Source of the DNA: Mobula hypostoma
Taxonomy: Eukaryota
Assembly: GCF_963921235.1 (NCBI RefSeq)
Contig: NC_086097.1
Coordinates: forward strand, 169,572,001 to 169,636,000
Direction: 5' to 3'
DNA length: 64,000 bases
The notes under the pieces were generated by a model. It did no database searches, was not told where the DNA came from, and saw only the letters and a program-made list of their open reading frames with translations. The translations under genes and the position numbers were made by a program. Of this stretch, positions 12,808 to 24,890 are shown in pieces. Position 1 is the first letter of the stretch; each line of letters begins with the position of its first letter.

Positions 12808-13524
12808 TACAACACTTTTGGTCCAGTATTTATTGTTTTCTGTTTTAACTGCACCACACCTCCATTGCCCTGTAACTCATCCCATTGGCTGTGATTATGC
12901 CTCATCTCCTGCCTGTCCTTTCTATCACCTCTGTTGTACTCTGTCTCTGATTTATTCCTCTTTCCCCCTTCCTCAGCCCGATCAGTCCGGATCCCATCCC
13001 ACTGCTGTGTCCATTTCATGTCCCCATATGAAAGGAAGGATGTCATTAAGCTTGAGAGTGTAGAAAACATTCATAAGGATGTTGCCATGACTGGAGGACT
13101 TGAATTATAAGGAGATACTGGGTAGGATGGGAATGTTTTACCTTGAGTAAAAGGGGCTAAATGGTGATTTTGTAGAGGTATATACAGTAAAATCATTGGG
13201 GCCATAAATAAGTTGGATGGTCACAGTCCTTTTCCCACACAAGAGGAGTCCAGAACTAGATGGGCATGTTTAAAGTGAGAGGGGGAAAAAAACTAAGGGA
13301 GCAACTTTTAGAAACAGAATATGGTGGGTATATGAAACAAGCTACCAGAGGTAGAAGTAGGCAAAATTGAAATGCTTAAAAGACACTTGAACACACTCAC
13401 ATGTAGGAAATGTTTAAAGAGATATGAGCCAAATGTAGGCAACGAGGACAAGCTCAGGACGGCACCTTTATTGGCATGGACAAATGGGGCAGAAGGGCCT
13501 ATTTCCATGCAGTATAACTTTCAC

Positions 13525-13830
13525 TTTTAATCGTGTATTAGGTATTCCACAAAGCTGTCACATAATCTGCTCTTAGTTTGTTCAATGTGTAGAAGACTGC
13601 ATTGCGAGCACTGAATACACTGCACTAGATTGGAAGAAGTGCACCTGAAAGGATTGTTTGGGTCTCTGGGAGGTGGAAAGGGAAGGTGTAAAGTTGCAGT
13701 TGTTGCACTTTCTAGGGTTGCATAGGAGTGTGGCATAAGAAGTGGAGTGGCTGGTGAATGTACAACACCAGATCAGTGAGTTGTAAGGGGAATAATCACT
13801 TCTGAATGCTGGAAGGGAAGGGAGGCAAAG
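13525..13830 (-). mobile_element. Degenerate Penelope GIY-YIG fragment
   Basis: ORF 13527-13736: F.CTSSNLVQCIQCSQCSLLHIEQTKSRL..FVEY. Confidence 0.65.
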
Positions 13831-14989
13831 TTAAAAGAAATGTTCTGGGGGGGGGGGAATTCTCATTGATGATAAAAGAAATGTTGCCACCGTTCTGACC
13901 TGCATTTCACTGTTTGAACACATCCAATTACCTGATGTGATGCAGGGTTTTGAGCTAAAATGTTGACACCTTCTTCCCTACCACAGATGCTGCTCAACCT
14001 TTTGAGTTCCTCAAGCAAATTGTTTGTTGCTCCAGATTCCAGTGTTGGCAGTTTCTGGTTTCACTTATATTTGTTTTCTCTCTTTCTAACTGTTCTCATT
14101 AAAACATCAGTTGAACATCTTTGTCGACACTCTGGCCTCATCATGTCAGATATTTACATTTGCCCAATGACACCTTGACCAAATTTATAGAATATCGGAA
14201 AATTAAAACAGAACATTAAGTTAATAGGCTTTTATTCTTTAGGGTAAAGGAGACCGAGAGGTAATCTTATAGAGATGTGTCATAACATGAGGGCATAGAT
14301 AGAGTGAATATTTTCAGTATTTTTCGCAGTTTCAGTGTCAAAAATTAGGGAACATTGATTTAGGGTGAGACTGGAAAGTTTTGAAGAACTTGAGGAACAA
14401 CTTTTTTTTTACACAAAGGGTGGTATCTATGTAGAATCAGCTGCCAGCGTAAATGGTTGATGTAGGTAAAACAACTTTTAAGACAGATGGACATGTACAT
14501 GGATTGGAAAGCTTCAGGTTACTGTATGTGCCAAACGCCGGGAAATGGAACCGGATTAGATGGGAGAATCTTGATCTATTTTTAAGATTCGAGGATGACA
14601 CCCCGCACGAACCTGAGATTTATTAATCCACCGTCCCAACGATTTGCCCTATAGCACGTCACTAGTGATCGCATCGGAGCAAGGGCCAGTCCCCGAGTCT
14701 CATTTTGAAAGTGAGTGGCCGAGTGTAGGTTGTTCCGGGAGATGAAGCTTCCGCGTCAGGCCCCGCCCACACACCCTCGCTGCTCGGGGGGGGGGCACAG
14801 CGCATGCGCGGGCGTCTAATGTCCGCGGAGTCGCGTCGCCGACAGTCGACGAGTTTCGTGACCTCAGGAGGAGTGGGGGGGAGGGGGAAAAGAAAAGTTT
14901 CCCTAGAGTAGAAGGAAAAGAAATAAAGCTTAAGCGCACAGAAAGTACCGCGGAATTCCTCTTCATCAAATCTACACCGGCTTACCAAT

Positions 14990-15046
14990 ATGGAAAAGAA
15001 ATTTGCGGAGATAGACAGGGAAAACCGCTGGCCTCAGTCTTATCTG
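14990..15046 (+). CDS. PTPN2: Tyrosine-protein phosphatase non-receptor type 2 (TC-PTP), coding exon 1 (MEKKFAEIDRENRWPQSYL)
   Basis: ATG in strong Kozak context (aatATGG) within a CpG-rich region, followed by 19 codons and a GTAAGT donor at 15047 (phase 0). The peptide resembles the PTPN2/PTPN1 N-terminal helix; RW..YL followed by EIRNES favours PTPN2. Confidence 0.88.
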
Positions 15047-15065
15047 GTAAGTTGGTGTGTGAGGG

Positions 15066-15077
15066 GAAAGTGAAACC
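15066..15077 (+). promoter_or_regulatory. IRF-binding element / ISRE-like motif
   Basis: GAAAGTGAAACC matches the IRF1/IRF2 consensus and starts at the 20th base of intron 1. Confidence 0.55.
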
Positions 15078-16559
15078 GGGCCCAGGCGGTTCAACTTTCT
15101 GTCAGACGCTGCCGGCCTCGGTCAACCCGGCACCAGGTCCCGCTCTTTCTGCTCGTTAAACAGAACCGGGGCCTGGCTGGAGGCACGAGCTTCCCGCCGC
15201 AGTGCGTCTGCGTGTCGTTAAGCCTTTTACTCTTTGCTTGCTGATGATTAATTTGGATTTAAAGGGGAGGCGAGGCCGTGACTGCCTCAGGTTGTAATTT
15301 ACTTCTGGAGACTACAGACGCTGGAACATAGAACAACAAAACATACTGCTCGGCGGGTCGAACAGCAGCTGGGGTGGGGGGAAACGGAGAAGGAGTTTCA
15401 ACTCCAATACAGGGCTTGGAAACGAACCGGTGACAATTCCTTCTTCCCTCGACTTCCACTCACTCCCCGCATCATCCGCTGAAGCAGCCCTAGCAGATTT
15501 TTTGTTGTAGCCAGTTCGGCCGTCTGCCAGTTTCACTGAGTATGACCTTCACTTGCATCTTTGTATTTAAGCACTCAGAGCCAAAGCTTTCCACAAATGA
15601 AGGAAAGGGAGCAGTATTGTGTCCATCTCTGCCGTTTATAGGCGATTTTTGCATTATAAAAATACGAAATTAGCAGGCCAGGCAGCATCTGTGAAGAGTA
15701 AAGTTAATGTCTAAGCTTCAGAGGCACAAGTTCTAACAAAGGGTCCTGATATGAAACATTACCTGTTTTTCTTTTGACGGCGCTGCTCGACCAACTTTAG
15801 TATTACCATAATTTTCTGTTTTTATTTTGGATTTCCAGAATCTGCAGATATGTATATACACGCACGTTTAAGTGTTCTTGCAGTGCAGTTATCGTAGTTA
15901 TTATTTCAGAGTTGATTGAGTTGTCTAGGTAATTTGTATTTTTTATGTCACAATGTATGTTCATACTGTTCTTGACCAAATGACAATATAGGACACTTCT
16001 GAAAGGGATGGTTGTACTTCAATCAATAGAGGGAGATTATTGCCTTAGTACATAGGCACAAACATATTTATCTGTTCTGCCTACCAGTCCCTGGGAACCT
16101 GTGTCCTGGTTGTGGCTCGCCTTACATTCCTTCACATTGTTCCAGTACTTGTGAGCGCAGACAACTTTGGGATTTTCCATCTTCATTCATTTATCTTAAT
16201 GCTGCTTTTTCTTACTTCCTTAAATAAGACAAGACTAACAGTGTTATGGGAACACAATTTTCTCATCTTCTCAAAATTCTGTGTTGTTTGACTTTGTTCT
16301 ACACTGTTCTTGTTCAATGGTCCTATGTTTTGGTCTGATGAAGGCTTTATGACTTAGCAGAATTTGCCCAGTGAGGGTACTCTCCCATTCTATCATGGCT
16401 GATTTATTATCCCCCTCAGCCTTTATTCTGCCTTCTCCCTGTAACCTTTGACACCCTTAATAATATAAGATGAAATAAGCTAGTGTGGTGGAGCAGAACA
16501 AGGTGAGAAACACCTACAACAGCCTGTACATTACACTACAACACTGCCTTTACACTAGG

Positions 16560-17110
16560 GTCTTTTTTTTATTTAGTGATACGGCATGGTAACAGGCTCT
16601 TCCAAGCCAATGAGCCCTCATTGATCAATTAACCTACTAACTCGTACGCCTTTGGAATGTGGGAGTAAACTGGAGCACCTGGAGGAAACTCGCAGTCAAG
16701 GAGGGAATGCACAAACTCCTTACAGACTGGTGGGAATTAAATCTGGTGCTGTAACAGCACCACACTAACCGCTATGCTACCATGTCTTGTTTTTGCAGGA
16801 TTTCCTCTATTTCATCATTTTGAATGGCAGCATGATAGCATGGTGGGAAGCACAATTCTATCACAGCATCCGCGATCAGGGTTCAACTCCCATAAGGAGT
16901 TTGCATGTTTTCCCCACGACCATGCAGGCCTCCTCTCACAGTCCAAAGATGAGCCAGTTAGGATTAGCAAGTTGTGGGCATGCTATGTTGGCGCTGTAAG
17001 CATGGTGGCACTTGTAGTCTGCCTTCACTGCATTCATGTGGTGTTACTCTTTGGCATATTTCACAGTATGTTTTGATATTTTGACGTACGTGTGATAAAG
17101 CTAATCTTTG
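16560..17110. mobile_element. Two head-to-head tRNA-derived V-SINE-like elements (about 16560-16782 minus, 16830-17110 plus)
   Basis: V-domain-like core (tttcctccaggtgctccagtttactcccacattccaaagg on the minus strand) and a B-box-like gggttcaactccc in the plus copy. Confidence 0.6.
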
Positions 17111-17389
17111 TGCAGTTTATATTCTGTGTTGTATCACGTAGGTGCAGTTTAAGTATATGATTCCAGCTGTATCTTGCTGTGCTTGTGCATGTGACAATAA
17201 ACTTTACTTCATAAACCTGATAAAATCAAACGTGTGTACACTCAATACTTGCTTACAGATCAGAGTTATGGGAAATGGTATACCATACAACTTCCCTTTT
17301 TAAAAAAAAATTTCCAAGTCTTCAGTCCCAGAACAATCACTCACCCAGGCCCAAAATACATTCATCATATACTTGTAATATGACAAGTA

Positions 17390-18390
17390 ATTTCTCCCAT
17401 GGAGGGAGTGTTCAAAGCAAGAGGGCATAACTTTATGGATAGAAGTGTGAGATTTAAAAATAATATTGAGGACAGCTTCTTCACCACTGAATTTGTTTAT
17501 CTATGTAGGTGGTCTTTATTTGGAATGAGCTGCCAGAAATAATGTTTTGTGGTTGACTCATCAGTATTTAAAATCCATCTAGATATGTCCATAGATAGAG
17601 GTTTGGAGGGCTATGGGCCAAATGTGTACAAATGGGACTGGCTAGCTGGGCAAAACAGTCAGCATGGATGAGATGAGACAAGACAAAGGGTCCATTTCAG
17701 TGCTGTATGACTATGATGACGCCTAAGTACTGAATTGCATCAGAGGTGGTGCATCTGTCTTAAAAGACTCTTGCCACCTGGGATATGCCCTCTTAGCATT
17801 ACTGCCATCAGGGAGGAGGTACAGACACTGAAGATCCGCACTCAATGTTTTAACAGCTTCTAGCCTGTGCGATCAGGTTTTCTGAGCTGTCAAGTTTCTG
17901 AATGGTCCACGAACAGTGCTATTCCTCTTTCACACACTATATATATTTTGTAATATAGCAGTTTTTAATGTCTTGCACTGTACTGCCGCCACAATACAAA
18001 TGTAATAACATGCGTCAGTGATACCTGTTGAATACTGAATAGCTTAGAAAGAGTGGATGTGGAGAAGGTGTTTCTTTTCGTGGGGCAGCCAAGGACTGAA
18101 GATCAGAGACTCTGGTTACAGAGTGTCCATTTTGAACAGATAAGGAAGGATTTCTTTAGCCAGAGGTTGGTGAATCTGTGGACTTCGTTGCTTCAGGCAG
18201 CTGTAGAGGCCAGGTCATTGAGTATATATAAAGCGGAAGGTCGATAGATTCTTGATTAGAATTTGTGTCAAAGGTTACGGGGAGAAGGTAGGAGAATAGA
18301 ATTGTGAGGGATAATAAATCATTAATGATGGAATGGTAAAGCAAACTCAATGGGCCAAATGGTCTAATTCTTCTCCTATGTTTTACGATA
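17390..18390 (+). mobile_element. Cluster of short CR1 and Rex LINE 3' fragments
   Basis: CR1 RGH..K / FFSQR.VNLW remnants (17390-17720, 18035-18390) flank a Rex LPSGRRY remnant (17740-18020). Confidence 0.65.
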
Positions 18391-20089
18391 AATGTGATTC
18401 TGGGCACCACTGACCAAGGACTGGCCAGTTGTTGTGTAATATTTTCTGTCTTTGCAGATCCTCCGTGATGTGCTGGGCATTTCCAGGAGTGCTGTTTCAG
18501 TTTCGCCAACTGCTTTGACCTGCCTTTCATAGTTTTAACATTTTCCTTTGTTTTATCATTCTCTAATTGCCCTAATTTAAATTGTAAACATCAGGATCAT
18601 CTGAGAAATGACCTAATGTCACTTTACCAATGAAATTGCCTTATCTGTTCTTCCCCACCCTCTTCGCAATTTAGCACTAAACTGTTTTCTCAAATTTCTA
18701 ATCCTGGCAAAGGGTGATTGACTTGAAAGGTTAAACTAATTTCTCCTTCCACACTTCTTGCCTGACCTTAGTGTTCTCTTGATTTCAGATATCCAGCATT
18801 TGCAATTTATCTAAATTTTCAATTTATTTCTTTTCCTGGCTGACCTATTTTGTTCCATTTGAGATTCTGACCATACCTCACACACCATTTGATTTTTATC
18901 TTGATGTCTTCCATCCTATCTTAACTTTGTAAATGAAATGCACAGCTGAGCTTTGTTGCTTTCAGATGAGATTCCATTAATTTTCCTAGCTGTTCACTCT
19001 TTAGTTTTATACGAAATTCATTGAAAATTCAACCTACCTTTTCTTTACACCAGGTAAACTTTTCCTTGCCCATCATTCTTATTTATCTGAACTGCATTTG
19101 AATCTATACTTTAAGTCATTCATTATTTTGTACATGTTTCCTTTGTCCTTGTTAGGCCATACCCTAAATTTATGTTCCTTTTAGTTTGGCCTGTGTATTG
19201 GTCTCGGACAATACTTTCAAATCTTTAAGAATAATGAAAAGTCGCATTCTATCCCTGCTCATTTCCTTCCGGATAGTGTCAATTTCTTTGGTTATACTTG
19301 TAAAGCAATTTAAGTTGTTTTCTACAGTGATATTTTGATTATCTTGCAATTATATAGATGCAGGTTAGTGCAGTTACTATGGTAAATTAATTTCTAACAT
19401 CACTTAAAAGTTAATAACTTCAGAGGATCATAGTCTTCTCTCATGATGTTATTCTTGATGCTTCTATAGATGATTCTTCATCCTATGTTATTGTTTTCAG
19501 TTGTTCTTCTGCTTCTGTTCATCCACCATGATTGTATTTTTTTCTGATCTTGCATTTTAATGTCCCCATCCTTCATTTCTTTTTCTGAATTTGTTGTGTT
19601 GTACTCTTTAATCCATTTAGAACAGACAAGCAGTCCAGTCAAGCAGTTTCATCACTCAATCAGATCATACCTGATTTATTAACTAATTTCGTCAGCCCTC
19701 CTCTCCATATCTCTTAAAATCTTTGATTATTAACATTTCTATCAGTCTCCTATTTAAAATTAGGAATTGACTTTGCATGAATTGTTGCCATTGAAAGAAA
19801 CCTACAGTTAATGTCATCTGTTTATAAAAATAGTGTTTTAACAATAATCCATTAGACATTTTTGGTACTTGCTGTTGGGATTGATATTTTAAAAAGAATT
19901 TAGAATGACTGCAATTGCAGGCATGCCATCCAAAAATACACTTCCGTGCAGTTGCTGATTTAACCTGCATTTGTATTTTTTTGGAAAAATAATTGGCAGC
20001 TTATGAGTGTTTCTTTTGCTTATTGAGCATATTACTTTTATGAAAGGTAGTAGGTGATTATGTCATGGTATGTGAGGTTCATGGAGTAG

Positions 20090-20525
20090 CAAACTGTACC
20101 CTATACATACAGGCACAATCTTCCCCACTATTGGTAGTATCTACAGGAGGTGCATCTTTCATCAAAGATGCCTACCATCTGGGCCTTGCCATACTTTTGT
20201 AGCTATTATCAGACAGGAGTCTGAAATCCAGCTGCCAAGTTCACGAACAGCTACTGTCCTTCAATTATTTGGTTCTTGAACCAACCAGCAAAACCCTAAT
20301 CGTGACTGCCTAATCCATGACCATTTTGACTATCTTGCACTAAAATGGATTTTTTTCTGTTCTAATGTGTTCTTTAAAAAATGCATAATATTTTTGTCAA
20401 TGATTTCTTGTGAATGATGCTCATATAACAGTATGTGCCCATGGTGTTGCTGCAAATGTTTTTCATTGCACCTGTGCATACATGTACTGTGCATATGACA
20501 ATAAACTCAATATTGACATTGATTT
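20090..20525 (+). mobile_element. Rex-type LINE 3' fragment
   Basis: Decayed IIKD..H.G / FTNS remnant and tgacaataaac 3' end. Confidence 0.55.
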
Positions 20526-20869
20526 GGCTATGCTTGGTGAGTATTGTAGAATTAACCAGTGCAAGACCAATGTACCACTGAAATGCCGAGATCCACAGTT
20601 CCTGTCAAATCAGTAAACATGCTTGATAGTCCTAGATGCAGATAATTTAAGTCTTGCTTTCTGAACCTGACTGTGCTTGCAGTTGTCTGAATTGGATTTG
20701 GAGATGTGATCTTGCTGACTGTGCACCCTGAAGATGGGCAGTGCACCTGTATCTGAACTGCACGGGTCCTGTCCCTGAACTGCCTTTGACAGAAGGCAAA
20801 GTTGGGACTGCTTATTGTCCTCTGTCAGAACAGTCACTGATTTAAAGTTTTTAAATGTTTCTGACATTA

Positions 20870-23015
20870 AAAGTTCAAAGTAAAATTTATTATTGGAGTA
20901 CATACATGTCACCACATGCAACCCTGAGATTCTTTTTCTGCGGGCATACTTGGCAAATCTACAGAACAGTAATTGTAAACATCAGGAACTATAAACTGTA
21001 AACAAACTCTGCAAAATGCAGATATAAATAAATAGCAATAAATGACAATTCCTGTTGTTTATAGTTATCCCCCCTTTTTTTTTCAAGAGCCTGATGGTTG
21101 AAGGGGTAGTAACTGTTCTTGAACCTGGTTGTGCGAGTCCTGAGGCTCTTGTACCTTCTACCTGATGGCAGCAGTGAGAAAAGAGCATGGCCTGGGTGGT
21201 GAGGATCTTTGATGGATGTTCCTTTTCTATGACAATGTTTCATGTAAATGTGCTCATTGGTTGGGAGGGTTTTATCCACTACCTTTTGGAGGATTTTTAA
21301 AGGTATATTTAATGTCAGAGAAGTGTATACAATATACATCCTGAAATGCTTTTTCTTCGCAACCATCCACGAAAACAGAGGAGTGCCCCAAGAAATGAAT
21401 GACAGTTAATGTTAGAACCTCAAACCCCCCCCCACATGTACGCAGCAGCAAAGCAACGACCCCCTTTCCCCCACCAGCAAAAAAGCATCAGCGCCCCTCC
21501 ACCAAGCACTCAAGCGTGCAGCCAAGCATCAATAAAGACACAGGCTTGCCATACCCCAAAGACTACTTGTTCACCCGTTAATTCGACATGCCACAGGCGC
21601 TCTCTCTCTCACCCTAATAAGGGAAAAAGAGGTCTCCGTTGCACAGTGAGAGGGGAGACATAACAAACAACTTGCTGATTTACTATGTTATAAGTCTATT
21701 GTGTCACTTTTTATGAGCTCTGACGCTCCATGTAAAGTCATTGGTGTTCCCGTACAGGTCATAATGCAGCCAGTCATCACATCTAAAGATGTTTGCTAAA
21801 GACATGCCAAGTGTCCACAGATTCCGAAGGAAGTCGAGGCACTATCATGCTTTCTTTACAATAATATTTATGTGATGGGTCCAGGATAGGTCCAGTGAGA
21901 TAGTGACACCCAGAAATTTAACATTATTGACCATCTCCTCCTCTGATCCTTGAATGGTTACTGGCTCATGGATTTCTGGTTTCCCTCTCTTGAAGTCTAC
22001 ATCAGTTCCTTCATTGAGTGAGAGCTATGCTAATTCATCACCCCCTTTAATATAGCCTACAACAGTGGTGTCGTCAGCAAACTTGTATATGGTGTTCAAA
22101 CTGTATTTGACCACAGATTTATAGGTGTAACGCGAGTAGAGTAGGGGGCTAAGTACACATCCCTGCAGTGTTCCTGTGCTGATGGAGATTGTGGAAGAGA
22201 TGTTTATGCCAATCTGAACTGACTGGGGTCTGCAAATGTGGAAATCCAGGATCCAGTTGCGCAAAGGGGTTGAGCTGTAATTGATAAAGACATCCTGACA
22301 TATGCATCTTTGCTGTCCAGTTGTTCCAGGGCTGTGTGAAGAGCCATTGAGATAGTATCTGCTGTAGTCCTGATGCTTCGGTGGGTGGATTGGAGCAGAT
22401 CCAAATCACCATTCTGACAGGAGCTGATATGCTTCAACACTAATCTCTCAAAACACTTCATCATTGTGGATGTAAGTGCCGCTGGGCATTAGTTGTTTAG
22501 ACAAGTTACCACGCTCTTTTTGGGTTCTGGTACGATTGAAGCATGCTTGAAGCGGATAGGTACCATATATTGCCAGAGCAAGAGGTTGAAGATATTTGAA
22601 TAAATCAGCCAGATGGTCGGTACAGGTCTTCAGTACTAGGCCAGGTACTCTGTCCGGATTGGATGCTTTTCTTGGATTCATTCTCTTGAAGGCAACCTGC
22701 CCATCATCTTTAGATATTGAGGCCAAAAGATCATCGGGAGACATGGTTCCTCCCTGCTCTGGTGGTCAAAGTGAACATAGATGGCATTGAGCTTATTTGG
22801 AAGTGAAGCTCTGCCATCCTGTCTGTTGTAAGGTTTAACTTTGTAGGAGGTTATGGCATTCAAACCCTGCCATAGCTGTCAAACATCCCTCGTTGATTTT
22901 AGTCTAGTCTGGAATCTTCACTTCACCTGAGAGATGGCTTTCCAGAGATCATATCTGCACCTGTTGTAGCATTCCTGATATTCAGACTTGAATGCTTCTG
23001 ATCTGGCTCTCGGTG
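20870..23015 (-). mobile_element. Rex1/Babar LINE (RT to 3' end), degenerate, with a nested about 430-bp element at about 21295-21725
   Basis: Minus-strand [28 protein letters not shown] and HPGHALFSLLPSGRRY. Confidence 0.8.
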
Positions 23016-23329
23016 GGGTATGGATTTTGTATAACTAAAACATATTATTAGGGCAGTTTAAATGTTTGTTTTGTCACAGCAGTTTTTGCTAATTCTTCAG
23101 TTTTCATGGGAATTAAAAATTGTGCAGACTCCAGATCCTCTGAAACGAAACTGAACAGTTAAAGGAAACTGGAGACTGTCATCTGGTACAAAAAATAGGA
23201 GAGTTACATGACAAATAAGTACATGAATGAATGATAAGTGTTAGGGAAGGGCTTTTGGTCAGGTTAAGAGTAGGCACAAATATTGTAGAATATGGAATAA
23301 ATTCAAGATAGAGCATGGCCATTTAGAAG

Positions 23330-24890
23330 TACAGGGCAGCTCTCACCTGTGGCTCCAAGCTGTAACACGTGCAGTGGCCACACCCCAGTAAACCAGTGGT
23401 CCCCAACCACCGGGCCGCAAAGCATGTGCTACTGGACCGCGGGGAAACGATATGATTTGGCGATAGGAGTCAGCTGCACCTTTCCTCATTCCCAGTCACG
23501 CCCACTGTTGAACTTGAATGCACACAAGGTCATTACACACGCGTCATCCATGTCAGCGCAGGAAGGAGATCAACTCCTCGAGCTTGCAAATGACGGCGGG
23601 CTGAAAAGCATGTTTGACATAACATCTCTGCCGGCATTCCGGATCAAAGTCAAGGCTAAATATCCTGAGATAGCCACGAAAGCACTGAAAACGTTGCTTC
23701 CATTTCCAACACACCTCTGCAATGAAAACTAAATTGCGGAATAGACTGGCCATAAGGAACCTCCTTCGAGTATCGCTGTCTCCCATCACCCCTCGATAGG
23801 ACCGTCTCGTTGCAGGAAAACAAGCCCAGGGTTCCCACTGATTCAGTGATATTGGTGTGTTGCAATGATTTTATATGTTCATAGGGGGAAAATATGTGCT
23901 GTGTGTTTAATATCCAAACGTTACTTAAAATGTTATGATGCTATTGACTTGTATAACCATATAACAATTACAGCATGGAAACAGGCAATCTCTGCCCTTC
24001 TAGTCCGTGCCGAACGCTACTCTCACCTAGTCCCATGACCTGCACTCAGCCCATAGCCCTCCATTCCTTTCCTGTCTATATACCTATCCAATTTTTCTTT
24101 AAATGATAATACCAAACCTGCCCCTACCACTTCTACTGGAAGTTCATTCAACACTTGCTTCAAGCTCCCCTGATAATTGACTTATCGCTATATTCATGCG
24201 AGGAAAATATGTGCTGTGTGCTTAATATTAAATTAGTTAGGTAAGCCCTTTTAGAAATGAAATTGAGTGTATTAGCCACTTATCACCTATATTGCATTCG
24301 TGATTAACACCCCCCTGAACAGAATCGCCAAAAATGAATTTGTAGTAAAAAAAATTGGCATGTACATGCATGCGCACTGGTGCCCGTGCAAGGCTTCATG
24401 GTCATTGTGGTCTTTCTTGGGGTAAACCCAATGTATTCGGCTGCTACTCTTGTTCGTTGGCAACCCTACCCGCCGCCCCCCCCCAGTTGGCTGGTCCCCT
24501 GCAGTAAACTGTCTCGGCGGACGGGTCAAACCAGGTGAGGGTAGCTGATGGGTCTTCAACCCTCGGTGAGGTAGGGGATCTGTCTATCCCAGGGCCAGTG
24601 TGTGAAGTCTGGCCCTCGAAGATTGAGCGGAGGAGACCGATTAATAGTCCAACGGTCAAGAAGGCAGGCCCAGCAGGCATTGCGGAGTGCTAAGAGCACG
24701 ACAAGACACTTGGATGTCCTGGTCATCCACTGCAGCAGGAGAGGTCTCCAGCCGTAATGGTTGTCTGTGCCACTGGATCAAGGTCTCTTCTGCCGAGAGA
24801 GAGGGATTGCCCCTGTGCAATGGCTGTTCCACTTAAAACTCCATCACACATAGGTTTCTGTGTCTTTGAATCCGTAGGACTACCACTATA
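23330..24890 (+). mobile_element. Second copy of the RTE-headed non-autonomous element, split by a hAT insertion
   Basis: cagctctcacctgtggctccaagc (23337) and gggtcaaaccaggtgagggtag...ttccacttaaaactc (24520-24841) are colinear with the reverse complement of 960-1350. Confidence 0.65.
23394..24501 (+). mobile_element. Non-autonomous hAT (Charlie/Buster-like) DNA transposon
   Basis: CAGTGGTCCCC...GGTCCCCTG ends, perfect 8-bp TSD CAGTAAAC (23386-23393 / 24502-24509), and a hAT dimerisation-domain remnant (SLPAF.IKVKAKYPEIATKALKTLLPFPT). Confidence 0.85.

Larger units (their letters stand above)
7398..13000 (-). mobile_element. CR1 LINE covering most of ORF2 (APE endonuclease + RT), disrupted by stops and nested inserts
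   Basis: ORF fragments IIVGDFN (12041-12319), KSPGPDG / WKIANVTPLF (10772-11338), VYLDFQKAFD, GVPQG, KFADDTK, HLEYCVQFW (7360-8643), and a short-repeat 3' tail at about 7400. Confidence 0.9.
4230..13520 (+). mobile_element. Old, internally deleted CR1 LINE (outer host of the nest), in pieces at about 4230-4493, 6342-7397 and 13003-13520
   Basis: ORF1 zinc-finger remnant (C..C.MW...C..C) at 4320-4490 continues after the HERO insert into an SGNH-esterase remnant (VVIG.SIV.G.DRRFCG...CLPGARV). RT remnant at 6900-7397 resumes at about 13003 (CV.F.SP...KDVIKLE.V) through to the 3' UTR. Confidence 0.7.
14590..15520 (+). promoter_or_regulatory. CpG-rich promoter / first-exon region of PTPN2
   Basis: Sharp rise in GC and CpG content against an AT-rich background. 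GC box CCCCGCCCAC (14761-14770), NRF1 palindrome GCGCATGCGC (14800-14809), ETS core CTTCCG (14748-14753), no obvious TATA box. TSS not determinable from sequence. Confidence 0.8.

Noticed and set aside
14662..14988. Antisense ORFs over the promoter as a divergent head-to-head gene
   Set aside because: No recognisable domain or supported splice structure; such ORFs are expected by chance in GC-rich DNA.
23349..23732. ZBED/FAM200/SCAND3-like domesticated transposase gene
   Set aside because: Only a short dimerisation-domain remnant lying inside a TSD-bounded non-autonomous hAT element.
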